This document shows, one piece after another, positions 1 through 14,050 of a DNA stretch of 64,000 nt (its first letter is position 1; the number at the start of each line of letters is the position of its first letter). The notes under the pieces were generated by a model. That model saw only the letters and a list, made by a program, of their open reading frames with translations. It searched no databases and was not told the DNA's origin. Source of the DNA: Octopus sinensis (taxonomy: Eukaryota); NCBI RefSeq assembly GCF_006345805.1, contig NC_043002.1, positions 67,394,001 to 67,458,000 of the forward strand, in the 5' to 3' direction. The position numbers were made by a program, and so were the translations under genes.

Positions 1-167
1 TACATATAGATATATATACATATATAGATCTATATTATACATATATACATATATATATACATTATATATACATAGATATAATACATTAATATATCTATAA
101 TAATAGATACATCATATATTATATAATAATATATATTATATATATATCAATATATATATATATATCT

Positions 168-214
<47 letters not shown>

Positions 215-547
215 TACACCACACGCACGAACACACTCACACATACATGCTTGTATACGTATGCACATACATGCATAGACACATAAGTCCGTTCGTACGT
301 ATATATACACATTTATACAAATATATACTGTGTCTATGTAAAGGAATTTATTTGTTTGTGTATATGTGCATGTATATATGTGCGTGCGTGTTTGTATGTG
401 TATGCATGTATGAGTGCATGCATGCATGTAACCATCTATTCTTTAATTTCTTAAATAAACGATTATTTTACTGTAATCACATATATATACACACACACAG
501 CCACACAGACACACAGATGTGTGTGTATGTGTGAGAGAGTGTGTGGT

Positions 548-615
<68 letters not shown>

Positions 616-1663
616 TTAAGTATTACATGGAAATCTTTTTGTCGGTATGAATGCTGTATACAGTCCAATGTACGTACAGCGGTAAATCTTGCACTGCTGT
701 TCAATCATACTTCCAGATAAGCAATACAAATAGATTTGTGTCATAACTATCTATCGATATTGTGTGTATTGTGTATAAATTTAGATTTTCTATCGTTTAG
801 ATCATAAGAAATTTAATAAAAGTGCAAAAATTTCAGCAGTAATCAAAATTCACTATTTTATTCTCTGTCCGTTTCCGAATTTGCCTCTTTCACTCATTTC
901 TCTGATCGATAATGTTTATATTTATTTATTTAGTCATTCATTAAATTATTTATTTATTTCCTTTCTAGGTTATCGTTTTATGCTACAATTTGATCTACTC
1001 ATCGAAAACATTTATACTTTTATTAATAATATAAGAAATTTAATAAAACAAATTTAATTTTCATATGTGTGTCTGTGAATGTATGTATTTATACAAGCAT
1101 GTATATATGTAGATTTTATATATGAGGTTTTTTACTGCAGTCGTCTGCTTTGAGTTTTTCCCTCCCATTTACTTGCTCTCTCATTTCAGACAGTTTCTTT
1201 CGTTTGCTTTGATACATTTTTTATAATACAAAACCTAAAAACGAATTCTTTTGACTATACGTTTTCTGTTTCCTGTTCTCCTTATTGCTTGTCCAGACAT
1301 TCTTGCCCGACTGATTCTAGCATACCCCAGCCTAGATATTTTCTATCAATTGTTCATCTATATTCCTTTTCCTGATCATATATTTTATATCTTTTTAATT
1401 GTAATATTATTGTCTTCTAAATTCACTCAATTTCCTACAAAAATTTTGAGTTTTTTTTTTCATCTTAATATATTCATGTAGCTACGATTTAATATTCTGT
1501 ATCTCCTCATTCATTAAAATACGGACATGTACGAAGTCAATAGAAATATTTTCGTGTTTTATATTTAATTTATTATATTTTAATGAATGATGCCAAACTA
1601 ACATAACTTCTCAATAAACTGTGTTTGATAATCCCCGTTGAAATCATTTCGCTTAAATCCCTA

Positions 1664-1726
<63 letters not shown>

Positions 1727-1952
1727 CATAGATACATGTAAAGAAGTGGATGAACAGGAATTGTTTAAAGAAGTGAATTGGTGATTTATATGTTAACTAC
1801 GAGACGCCTATAACCCTCACTGGGCACTATATATAATTGTCTAACCGAAGTGTATATTTATTAGGTCCACTCTACATGTAATTATAAGTTTTGTGTAAGA
1901 TGAATAAAAAGAAAAGAACCTCAAATATAGCCATATGAAGAAAATGTGTATA

Positions 1953-2058
1953 TAGTAATCCCTCGACTATCGCAGATGTTACGTTGCAGAAACGCCCGCG
2001 ATAGGTGAAAATCCGCGAAGTAAAAACAGTACTGTACTGTGTATTTATATTATTATTA

Positions 2059-2098
<40 letters not shown>

Positions 2099-2187
2099 TG
2101 TATATATTTATTTTATTATGAATGCAAAGCAATGCCACAGACGAATCGACGTAAACTTAAATAATAAACCGCGATAAGTGAACCGCA
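1953..2187. mobile_element. Tigger/pogo-like MITE (right end truncated)
   Basis: TA + tagtaatccctcgactatcgc...cgcgataggtgaaaatccgcgaag ... aaaccgcgataagtgaaccgc. Tigger-type TIR pattern recognised from memory. Confidence 0.55.
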
Positions 2188-4671
2188 TTCATAATTCGGT
2201 AACCTTCCGTGACTTCTAGATATTTAGGCGATTCCCGTAAAGCCTTACTATAAACACCAGTGGATCACGTGGAGGGGAGCATAAAGCGAAGGGGAGGACA
2301 AGCGAATGCTATTATATATAAAAGAAAAATAAATTCCCTAAATACATCATCAACGATTCTAGATTTCAAAGCATCATCTTCAAGGTTTGGAGTGTTTTGG
2401 ACGTGTGTAACTGCTCTTTTTTTTTGTTTTGTTTTTTTCATAGTTAGTCGAGTGTTATTCTTGTAGACTAAGACCATCCTATAGAATGTAGCGAATAATG
2501 TGTGAGGAGTGCATGTGTGTGTGTGTGTGTGTGTGCTATCAACGGTTTTTCGTCCTACCACCATAGTAATAGTGAGCCGTCATTCTAAGAGAGTACCAGA
2601 GGTTTGTAACGAAAAGGTGTAGTCGATAAAATAGATTCGATTTCAATACAAGTTACCTTGAGTTTTTACCTGTTTCGGTCATGGGACTGCTACCATGAAA
2701 GGTTTAGTCCAACAAATTGATCCCAGGTACTAATTTTTAAAGCCTGGTACTTATTCTATGGATCACTCTTGCCTAAGAGCTAAGTTATAAGGATATAACC
2801 AAATCAACACCGATTGTCAAGCGGCGATGAAAAAAACACAAACACATATATATATATTCTTTTATACGTTTCAGCCTTAAGGCTGTGGGCATGCTGGAGC
2901 ACCGCCATACTGGAGCACCACCTTTGCCCGGCGAGCTAACTATTTTGCCAGTTCACCGCCTTGCGCACACATTGGGCTTCCACACAGTTTCTGTCCACCA
3001 CGTCCACTCACAAGACTTTGGTCGGTTGTGGGTTATAGTAGAAGATACTTGCCCAAGGTGCCATACAGTGGCAATTTGGTTATTTATTTTACCGTCGCAT
3101 AACTTACCCCCAACGCCGCAGTTCATTCAGCATTTTAACATTTCTACCAGATCGGGGAAAATGAACGACTTCGGATCATTTATCATTTATATTTTCACCT
3201 TTGACGCCATTGCCTTTATTATGCTTTAGTGTCCTTCTTACAAATCGAGACATTATTACCACATTTGGTGAATCATACGCTAAGCAAAGGAACATCAGCC
3301 ATGTGTCGATGTTCTTGTTTTCTTGCTCTTCTCAGAAGCTTCATAAAAATATACGAAGAAATATTAGGAAATATTGAGAGATATTGAAGGAGTGAGGCTT
3401 AATGCATTTTAGGTGGTTGTGCTGTATCGTAGAGCTAAAGTATGTTCCAGAGTATCATTTGGTGTAAGGAACTTTCCATAGCATTTTTAGTATTGTTATT
3501 TAGCCACAGTTCAGCCGTAATCGAGGAGATCAAGGGTATTCCGTCGATGACCAACCCGTTTTTAGGTTTTGTATTACAAAGAATGTATCAAAGCAAACGA
3601 AAGAAACTATCTGAAATGAGAGAGCAAGTAAATGAGAGGGGGAAAACTCAAAGCAGACGACTGCAGTAAAAAAAAACCCTCATATATAAAAATCTACATA
3701 TATACATGCATGCATAAATATATACATAAATACATACATTCACAGGCACACATATTATGCCTGTTTTTCAGGCATAATATATCTACGACTACACTATCGA
3801 ATATACTTTTTCTTCTTTTAAAACAGTAGAGTGCGATTTGAGTAAGATTTGGTTGTTATTTTTAGCAGGTTGTGCGACCGCATAAAGGCCCCACGATGGC
3901 TCAGCATATCAAAGGTAAGTCAGCTAGGCAGAGCCGATACCTTTAAGAGTATGCTATTCCTACGAGATGATTTAAAGTCAGTTCTGAAAGTTATCGAAAC
4001 ATTCGCCTGTTTTACATGCGAACGTTCCAGCCGCCTACAGTAGCGAGTTATTCCAATTGCGGGGTACCTAATTACAGCTAGATGGACTGAGTTGTTTTAA
4101 ATGTAGTTGTTTATGTCACTAGCATAGTTCAATAGTTCCCAGAATATAGACCGCTCGTCTTCTCCGCTACTCGATCAGAATTTTATCATCCTTCAAAGTC
4201 AACTTTAACGGTTCACTCTTCCGAGATCAGTCAAGTATCAGTCAAGTTCCGGAGTTGATTTGATATCACTAGCGTAATGGCTTATGGTGTTACACCTATG
4301 ATCGCCAGCTCATGGTTTCGATTCGTAGACCGGGCGATGCGTTGTGTTCTTGAGCAAAATACTTCATCTTGCGTTGCTCTACAATCACTTCGACACCTGG
4401 CATTGAGGTACACCGGACAACGTCGATTTGATGGACAGGATGAGCTAATGCACAGCGTATGATTCACCAAATGTGGTAATAATCACTATAAACAGATTAT
4501 CTGCACATGTTTGTTCAGCAAGAAACTGCGCAACCCTCGTCTGCTGTCGTAAACGACAGACGAGAGTCCACAAAGCATCGTAGATGTGAACAGAAGTCAC
4601 GACGATATCCCAAAACTATGGAAGTGTATTTAGACGCAGTGGACTAGATCACAGTGGAATGCAGCGTAATT

Positions 4672-4912
4672 GGATCTTTTCACTTTGACCGGCAGATTTT
4701 TTTAATAATTTCTATGTAACTAAAATATTTTAAACTTCGTATACTGGTAGAATGTGTTTATAAAACATCTTTTTCTCTAGGCTTTCTTGGGAAAATTCTG
4801 TAGTTTGTAACATATTTGTTGTTTAATTTCTTGCATTTCGGCAATTTCAACCAATCAATGACGTCTGTTGAGGTGAAAACAATTTCTGCCGTAACATTTT
4901 CTGAAAAGATCC
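4672..4912. mobile_element. Shorter copy of the same GGATC-TIR MITE
   Basis: ggatcttttca ... tgaaaagatcc. Internal sequence aligns with 42990-43190. Flanks gcgtaatt / gtgtaatt. Confidence 0.75.
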
Positions 4913-5936
4913 GTGTAATTTAATAGAGCACAGTGTAAAGCATCTAGCAAGTTGAGTGACCACCCATTCAGAGGCCTTCGTAACCCAGAGAAAAATCATC
5001 TTGGCAGCATTGATACTTTACGAAATAGAGACTTTACGCTATACGAAATGGAGGCTTTAAAAGTAGAAGTCAGCTCTGCATGAAACTAGATTCTTCTCAG
5101 TCATCTTACTTGTCAACCAATACAACCGCTGCCTACGGCGGCGATTTGCTTATATCCTGTTTACAGCTGAATGAACTGAAGCATTATATATTTAGAGGGG
5201 TTCCTTCCTTGACTCACTCGGTGGTCTTGCTGTTTGTGTTAGTGTTGTAGTTGTTTCTTTTAGAGTTATTAGTTATTAATATTGCTGCGTTGCCGTTATC
5301 GTGAAAGTCGTTCGTGTTTCAGTTGCGTGCAGCAGTTTTCCGTGCAGATGCTGCTGTCGTTGCCGTTGTCATCGCAAACGATGAAATCGGAGATGTTATT
5401 GTTGTTGTTACTGGTGACGATAATGTTACTGCTGTTGTTGTTGCTGATGATGATGATGAGGAGGAAGATGACGTAACTGCTGCTGCTGCTGTTGCTGTTT
5501 CTGGGGCTGTAGTGGTTGTTAGTACGCTGTTGCTGAACTTAAAACTTCCTTTTTAAAGCACGATCTATTTTGGATAGCATTAACAAACAACAATCCATGC
5601 AATATGAATGATAATCTGCAGAATTAAGGTAGTGGTAATGGGTGGGAGTTGGATGTTTAAGGATTTAGGGAACGGTAGGGAGATGACTAAGAATAATGGC
5701 TTAGAATCGATGAAGAATGCCAGCCAGGTAGAGCGTTCCATTAAAACTGTTCGATTAAAGAGAGGAACGCAACGCAATATCAATGATATTTTGGAACATT
5801 TCCACTAAATGATATCACGCAAGAATTCGACTAAATTTCAAAGACAGAAGTAACGAAAATAATAAAAGTAACAATGGAAAAAATACAAAAAGAGATGGAG
5901 TTTTGTGAAGTAGATGAGATGAAATACGATACATGA

Positions 5937-5979
<43 letters not shown>

Positions 5980-7367
5980 ATAATCAGTGATGCTTCCATG
6001 GAGACTGTTAAAGCGATGTTCAATGCTGGTTGCCAGTGATGGAATTAAAACAAGAAATGGGGGAGAAATCAATCAAATATTACGATGAAATTTAACAGTT
6101 TGAGATGAAATAAAGAAAAATTGTTTGAGGTGAGACCTGTAGGAACATATACATAAATCCTTTAATTTATGAGGAATTGTAACGGATGTATGTTTTTTTA
6201 TTCTTCTGGGGTGAGGTGGAATTACTAAACAGAGCGACAGATAATCTAAAATAGAATATGACAATGTGAAAAATGGCAGAAACGAGATATTAAAGCAGAG
6301 GATCAAAATGAAATCATTGTGAGTCCTATGTAAGGCAATATAATGTAACAGTTTAAGCGAAACGGTATGTTGCTATTTTAAATATCCGTTTAAATATAAA
6401 CAAAATCCTTGTTTTGTATTTCACTTCTGTTATTTTCCATTGGTGATGTGTTTGATACATGTGTGTGTGTCTATGAGTGTGTGTGTATTCATGTATGTAT
6501 ATGTGTGTGTGTGTATTTATATATGTATGTGTATATATGTGTGTGTATATGTATGTATTTGTATGTGTATATGTGTATATATGTGTGTATGTATATCTGT
6601 ATGTGTATATATATGCGTGTATATATGTATGTATTTGTATGTGTATATATATATACGTGTGTGCGTATGTATATATATATATATGTATGTATATGAATGT
6701 ATATATATGTTTGCATATATGCTTATGCATATATATGTGTATATATCTATGTATATGCATATATGTATATTATATAATATAGGTATATATACCTCTGCGT
6801 GTGTGTGCGTGCATCCATCCAAACACAGACACACACGCAGGGTTTCCTGTCGTGTAATCCATGCAGCTGTATCACTGCAATCGATAAATACCTGGTTCAA
6901 TTCTTAATGGGGAGCCTGTTGCTCTGTTCCTGAAAAAATAAGTGCCTGTATTGTTTTATATTAAAACTTTAACCGTAAAAGCGTGCACGCGAGCGCAAGC
7001 GAGTAGCGAGTGGTGTGCATGCTTGCGTGCTGTGTGTATGCGTGTGTGTCTGTGTGTGTGTGTGTGTGTGTGTGCGTGCATGCGTATATGTGTGTGTATG
7101 CGTGTGGGTGGGTGAGTGTGCCTGTGTGTGTGTGGAGGCCAAATGGATTAATCATTAGGCTGTCGGACAGAATGTTTTCGGTATTCGTTCCGGTGCAACA
7201 AGAAATTTAGAGCAATTCGGGAGAAACTGCACAAGAGAGACCGGATAATTCTGCCATCTCTAAGATTGCTTCTCTTACCTTACTTAGAAAAGCATGCTCA
7301 GAGTAGGCCCATACAGACTCACCATCCTTGCCACTTTCATACACTTTTCTGTAAATACACAAGGTAG

Positions 7368-7788
7368 TGTAGCGGCACAAGCAGCCAGCGCTATATTGGA
7401 TGAGATCTCGCGGCAGCCATTGCCATCTCCGAGACTAGAGCGAGACCGCACCTACATCCATTTGCCATCCGCGAGATCACAACGAGGCTCGCGATGGAGA
7501 ACTATATAAACGGAAGACCTGATTTAGATCTCTCTCTTTTTGGCGCCACCTCACAACAGCGCTGGCTGAACACCACCACTGGCTGAAGTTTTCTGCATGT
7601 GTATCTCCAGAGGCAATGCACCCACACTGACGGAGCTACTACACAACGCACACAGCTTAAGGTGGTTGCTGAGAGCAGCACACTTCACCTATCCTGTAGA
7701 AACCTGTAAATAAAACCAGTTGTAAATTGCATTTGTACTTGAAGTCTTCTCTCTTTGCCTGCCGTTAGCCTGAACTGCACGAAGAACA
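7368..7788 (+). mobile_element. LTR-like segment (TGT...ACA)
   Basis: GC/CpG-rich island starting tgtagcggc and ending gaagaaca, with TATA-like ctatataaa (~7502) and aataaa (~7709). No matching TSD or PBS found. Confidence 0.4.
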
Positions 7789-8898
7789 AAAGCTGATGGA
7801 AGAAGACGATATTCTTCCGATATCGTAAACCTTGCCTTCCATTATAGTAGCTTCTTCTCCTCTATCCTCACCTTTCTTTTCAAGAACTACTTGAAGAAGT
7901 TGATCGAAGTTTAACCACAGAAGAACATGCCGGTCTTCAAACTTTTTGGTCGAGCCCGCTTTACCGTTTCTTTTGCCATAGCCAGGGGGGGGGGCAGAGG
8001 ATGACGAACCGCGCTTTCTTGCCAAAGGTAGGTGACACGTCAATTTTCACTATAGAATCGGTTGATAACCGTATTCGTCCTACAGACGGCTGCAGTTGTT
8101 TGTCAAAGGCCTACAATCCAGTAATACACGAATATTTAACGACACCGTGCATGACGGTTTCGTTGCCGTGCAACATCCGGGACAATTTCAGTTTTTGGCA
8201 CTTCCGTGTCTGAATAGCTTATCTCGAACAGATAGCACTGCCAATGCCAAGAACATTTGGAAGTTGTCCACAATATCCGACTTGAAAGTTCTCGACGACG
8301 CCCAGAGCTGTTCTCAAGCTACCCCGATAGAATGTAAGAGTTATTTTATTACCAAAGAAGTTACTCAGTTGGTAGAGGCTGTGAGTATCGTCTAGCAATC
8401 TAGATGATAATAACAATTCCTTTCACATAATAATCCTTTCTACTGAAAACACAAGGCTTCAAATTTGGGATAAGAGATTAAGTCGATTACCTCGACCCCA
8501 GCGCGTAACTGTTACTTAATTTATCGACCCCGAAAGGATGAAAGGCAAAGTCGACCTCGGCTCAATTTGAACTCACAACGTGAAGACGGGCGAAATACCA
8601 CAGAGCATTTTTCCCGGCGTTCTAACGATTCTGCTTGCTCGACGCCCTTTTCTATTATATAATAATCCTTTCTATTATAGATACAAAGGCTGAAGTTTTG
8701 GTTGGAGGGGACTAGTTGATTACACCGACCCCAGAATTTCGCTGGTATTTAATTTATCGGACCCGAAAAGATGAAAAGCAAAGTCGACCTCGGCGGAATT
8801 TGAACTCAGAACGTAACGACGAGCGAAATACTGCCTGGCATTTCGTCCAGCGTGCAAACGACTCTGCCAGCTCACCGCTTTTTTCTTTTCCTTTTACA

Positions 8899-8944
<46 letters not shown>

Positions 8945-8947
<3 letters not shown>

Positions 8948-9257
8948 GTACCAGTGATTGTAGGATCTCTAGGAATGATAAAAAAAAGGTACTGAAACCT
9001 ATTTGAAAATGATTCCAGGTTTACCATCCCTACAGGAAGTGCAAAAAATCGTATTAACTGGAACAGCTCATGTACTGAGAAGAGCACTATCGCTGTGAAA
9101 ATAACATCCATCCATGAATTTAATAATTTTTAAATACATATTTTATCTGTGAATTTGCGTGTGTAATCTGGGAATGCATACAATGCCCTTCTCTGCCCTA
9201 GGTGTATGGAAAACACTCGGCGAGAAACGGAAGAAAATTTGAAGAAAGAGGGAAAAA

Positions 9258-9260
<3 letters not shown>
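8945..9260 (+). mobile_element. 5'-truncated R4/Dong-like LINE 3' end in an (AAT)n tract
   Basis: IVPVIVGSLGMIKK/GTETYLKMIPGLPSLQEVQKIVLTGTAHVLRRALSL* (one frameshift in an A run, stop at 9096-9098), resembling the C-terminus of RLE-type LINEs. (AAT)n on both sides. Confidence 0.7.
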
Positions 9261-9309
<49 letters not shown>

Positions 9310-9725
9310 TAATTAATTCTTTTACAGTCACAAGTCCTGAAATTTTGGGGTGGGGCTAGTAGATTACACCGACCCCAGGACACAATTGCTACCTATTTTA
9401 TGAAACCCTGAAGGGATGAGAGGTAAAGTCGACCTCAGCGGAATTTGAACTCAGAACGTGAAGACGGACGAAATACCTATTTCTTTACTACCCACAAGGG
9501 GCTAAACACAGAGAGGATAAACAAGGACAGACAAACGGATTAAGTCGATTATATCGACCCCAGTGCGTAACTGGTACTTAATTTATCGACCCCGAAAGGA
9601 TGAAAGGCAAAGTCGACATCGGCGGAATTTGAACTCAGAACGTAATGGCGGACGAAATACCACAACGCATTTCGTCCGACGTGCTAACGTTTCTGCCAGC
9701 CGCCGCCTACGTCGTCGCATGGCTT

Positions 9726-9758
<33 letters not shown>

Positions 9759-11030
9759 ACACACACACACACACAAGCACACACATATAACTTCGACCGA
9801 CACCCATGTATTCCAAGACAACGAGATTAGTGGCAAAGATGACGTGTTCAGAAGTGGCGTGGGGAGGGAATGCTGTTCTGAGGTGGCTAGGTGTCTGGTA
9901 TTTAGCTAAGTCAGAGGTTGTTAAAAGACATTTGAGATGTGACAACAGCATCATTTCATACAACCAGTCGGGGTGACATGCTTTCACGACTGTTATCCAT
10001 TTATTTCCTTACTGCCAACGGAAAACATCGTTTATCATGTTTCTTCTCACCAGAGTCTTCTCACTTCTCGCTGTATACACCGAACTGTCAACACTAAATG
10101 ACCAGAGATAATGTAATCCGCTCTTCCAACCTTATATTTACTTATCGCCGTTTCTTTCACATGTTTTAACAATATTTCGTCGATGTATGCTTTAGCGTCT
10201 GTGTTTGTCTGTCCGTGTAAATGTATTTGCGCATCCATGAGTAAGAGTGTTCACGAGTGTAGGTGTGTGTACGTGTGTGTTTGTCTGTGTTTGTGTATGT
10301 CTGTGTATGTTTGTGTATGTCTGTTTGTGTGTCTGTGTGTGTGTATTTTTCTGTATTCGTATGTATATGTGAGCGCACAGCCGTGCGTGCAAAGTGTGCG
10401 TTTGCGTCCGTGTGTTTTTCTGTTTGTGTATGTACGTGTGTGTGAGTGTGCATATCCGTGTGTATATGTGTACTTGTTAGTGTCAATGTACATCTTTGGG
10501 CGTGTGTGTGTATTTGTGTATTTTTCAGTAAGCGTATTTTGTTATGAGGCGAGTTACATGAAACGTAGAGTAAATTTTGAAGAACTAGTTATCGCAAGCG
10601 CCCGCACACGTGAGTATATATGTAGGTGTGTGTACATGTACGTTTACATGTGTGTGAATAAATGGATATATGTGTGTGCTTAACAATACTCGTGGTATGC
10701 ATATATATACATATATATATATATAATTATATATATATATATATTATATATATATATATATACTTGTTTCAGTCATTTGACTGCGGCCATGCTGGAGCAC
10801 CGCCATTAGTCTAGCAAATCGACCCCAGTACTTATTCTTTGTAAGCCTGGTACTTATTCTATCTGTCCTTTTGCCGAATCGCTAAGTTACGGGGAAATAA
10901 ACACACCAGCATCTGTTGTCGGCCTGAGGCTATAGTAGAAGACATTTGCCCAAGGTGCCACGCAGTGGGACTGAACCCGGAACCATGTGGCTGGAAAGCA
11001 TGCCACTTACCACACGGCCACTCCTGCGCC

Positions 11031-11063
<33 letters not shown>

Positions 11064-11075
11064 ATATATATATAT

Positions 11076-11108
<33 letters not shown>

Positions 11109-11111
11109 TAT

Positions 11112-11143
<32 letters not shown>

Positions 11144-11292
11144 GATATATATATATATATATATAATATAATATATATATAATATATTATATATATATAT
11201 ATATATATAGATGTATATATATATTATTATATATATAGATGTATATATATATATAGATATATATATATAATATAATATATATATATATATAG

Positions 11293-11340
<48 letters not shown>

Positions 11341-11366
11341 TATATATATATATATATATATATATG

Positions 11367-11399
<33 letters not shown>

Positions 11400-11401
11400 T
11401 A

Positions 11402-11476
<75 letters not shown>

Positions 11477-11520
11477 TATATATATAATATATATATATAT
11501 ATACATACATATATATATAG
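11031..11520. repeat. Long (TA)n-rich microsatellite
   Basis: ~490 bp of imperfect TA repeat. Similar tracts at 1-210, 16915-17030, 25920-26310, 40505-40645 and 57770-57885. Confidence 0.95.
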
Positions 11521-12250
11521 CCGCAGGAGTGGCCGTGTGGTAAGTAGCATGCTTTAGGCGCAGGAGTGGCCGTGTGGTAAGTAGCATGCTTTCCAACCAC
11601 ATGGTTCCGGGTTCAGTCCCACTGCGTGGCACCTTGGGCAAATGTCTTCTACTGTAGCCTCAGGCCAACCAAAGGATTGTGAGTGGATTTGGTAGACGGA
11701 AACTGAAAGAAGCCCGTCGTATATATGTATATATGTGTGTGTATGTGTGTATATGTTTGTTGAATAAAATTCATTGGGGAAAAACAATAACAATATTTAA
11801 CAAAAACGTCTTTAAATGATGGCCTGACCGTCTGCTAAGCATATGGGAAACGGTAATTGAAGTAGATGGTGAATATGCTTCGGAATAATCATGTAAAGAT
11901 GTTTTTGTTACATGTTGTTAACGTTATTGTTGAATAAAATTTGTTGTTGGAAAAAAAAGCCGCAATAATTATGCACCAACCCAATACATTGTTACCTCAT
12001 ACAATATCCCAGATCAAGTTTATGCATCTCATTCTAATTTTGCGTAACGCATTAAACATATCAAGGGAGATAATTCTTTTGACTTTTTTTAACAAGCACG
12101 TGTTTTTTTATGAATTAGTTGATTGTTTTTCTATCATAATTTGTATATTGCCCCTCTCAGTGTTGAGGAAAAGTTGAACTGGTTAGCCATTTGAAATCTT
12201 AAGGGAAATCACTAAAGTGGTTGACTATTATGTAACATTTATCTAAAATA

Positions 12251-12942
12251 CAATAGAAACCCGCAGTACGAGTGCAACATTGTACGAGTAATTTGCTATA
12301 CGAGCCGAGACTTGTACGAACTTTTGTCCGCAGTATGAGCACACAAATCATCCCATCTTTAACGTAATTCAGTTAACAAAACCAGTTTACATATTTCTTT
12401 TGCATTCTCTTTTTTTATAATTCTCATTTTGCTTGTAACTATACCTTTTCTGTTTTAAAACCATAAAAAAATTATTTTTGAGTGGTTTTGGTGGGGTTGG
12501 AATGGATTAATTATATTTTAGTCAATTTCAATGTGGAGGTACATGGCCTAGTGGTTAGAGCAGCGGACTAGCGGTCGAGGGATCGCGGGTTCGAATCTCA
12601 GACAGAGCGATGTGTGTGTTTATGATCGAAATATCTAAGTTATACGCGACTCCGGTAGAAGGTAATGGCGAACTTCTGCTGACTCTTTCGCCACAACTTT
12701 CTCTCACTCTTTCCTTCTGCATCTAGCATCCCAACTGCAACGGACCGACGTCCCATCCAAGTGGGGAATCCTATACACCAAGGAAACCGGGAAACCGGCC
12801 CTTATGAGCCAGGCGTGACTCGAGAAGGAACAAACAACAACAACAGTTAATTTCAATGGGGGAAATTAATTTGTAAAACGAGTAAATCGTAAGACGAGCT
12901 CGGTAATGAAACGAATTAAACTCGTACTGCAAAGTATCACTG
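12251..12942. mobile_element. Tc1/Tigger-like MITE with a nested SINE
   Basis: TA-flanked imperfect TIRs (ca...gcagtacgagt / actcgtactgc...tg). SINE at 12534-12848 flanked by the 10-bp TSD aatttcaatg. Confidence 0.6.
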
Positions 12943-13834
12943 TATATAACTAAAATTATCGTCATTTATAACAATATGACTATGCTACTTTGATATTATT
13001 TATTGCTTTTAAGTGAAAGCTCTAAAAAAAATTTACAGATGTTATTGCTAAGAATATGGCATAAGAGAGTCCAAAACCCAGCCTTCGATGTCTAGTATTT
13101 TTAAAGAAAAATATAAAGTGAAGAATTTTTGCTAACACATGTTTCGTAAAACAAATAATATCAAAGGTGACCTAGGTTAGATTTTTATAGATTTATATGA
13201 TAGGCCAGTGTCATAGAGTTTAGGTCAAAGACCGTCACTTTACACTGGGAGTGCCTTGATCATGGTTTTTATTCCACTTTCACTTCGCCTAGTTTGTGCA
13301 CTTGTTTGACGTCACACGATTTCCTTTCCATTCTTCTGTAATTCTTAAACACCGCACCTCGGTAATAAACTGATATAAAAGTGTTGAAGTGAATTGCATC
13401 AAAGTCCAACCAGCGACTTGGACTTGGTGGTGTTCACTATAGTGTGATTAAGGCATGAGTTTTTCAAACCCGTGATTCCGAGATCGATCCAACGACACAG
13501 CACTTTTGGGCAAGTGTCTTCTGCCATAATATCTAATCGACCTAAGATTTCTGGGTGAAATTGCATACAAAGAAATGTTTTTAGGTGATACACTTAATCT
13601 ATCCCTCACCACCCCACCTAACCACTGGGAGCACTGGAATAGTTGGAAGGAATCGAGCCATGTTTCCAGTCTAAAAACAACCCATGGATCACGGTTTGTC
13701 CTCACCCCCAACTTCCACCAGTCTCAAAGACCCAGTAAAAATACATGAACACCACTCTTCTTGTTCTAAATTAAGCCACAACAAAATATCCCATCCGGTT
13801 CATATCGACTAAATGCCAGTAATATACTAAGATC

Positions 13835-14050
13835 GTGGAGGCGCGTGGCTTAATGGTTAGGGTGTCAGCATCCTAATCATAAGATTGTGGTTTCGATTCC
13901 TTGACCAGGCGACGCGTTGTGTTCTTGAGCAAAACACTTCATTTCACGTTGCTCCAGTCCACTCAGCTGGCAAAAATGAGTAACGCTGCGATGAACTGGC
14001 GCCCCGTCCAGCTGGGGAACACATACGACATAGAAACCGGGCCCATGGAT
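13835..14050 (+). mobile_element. tRNA-derived SINE family E
   Basis: tggcttaatggttagggtg..ggtttcgattcc head. Inverted copy at 14750-14945; others at ~4270-4450, 31045-31280 and 44975-45130. Confidence 0.8.

Noticed and set aside
5282-5556. Acidic/aliphatic 80-aa ORF
   Set aside because: Product of degenerate GTT/GCT/GAT triplet repeats.
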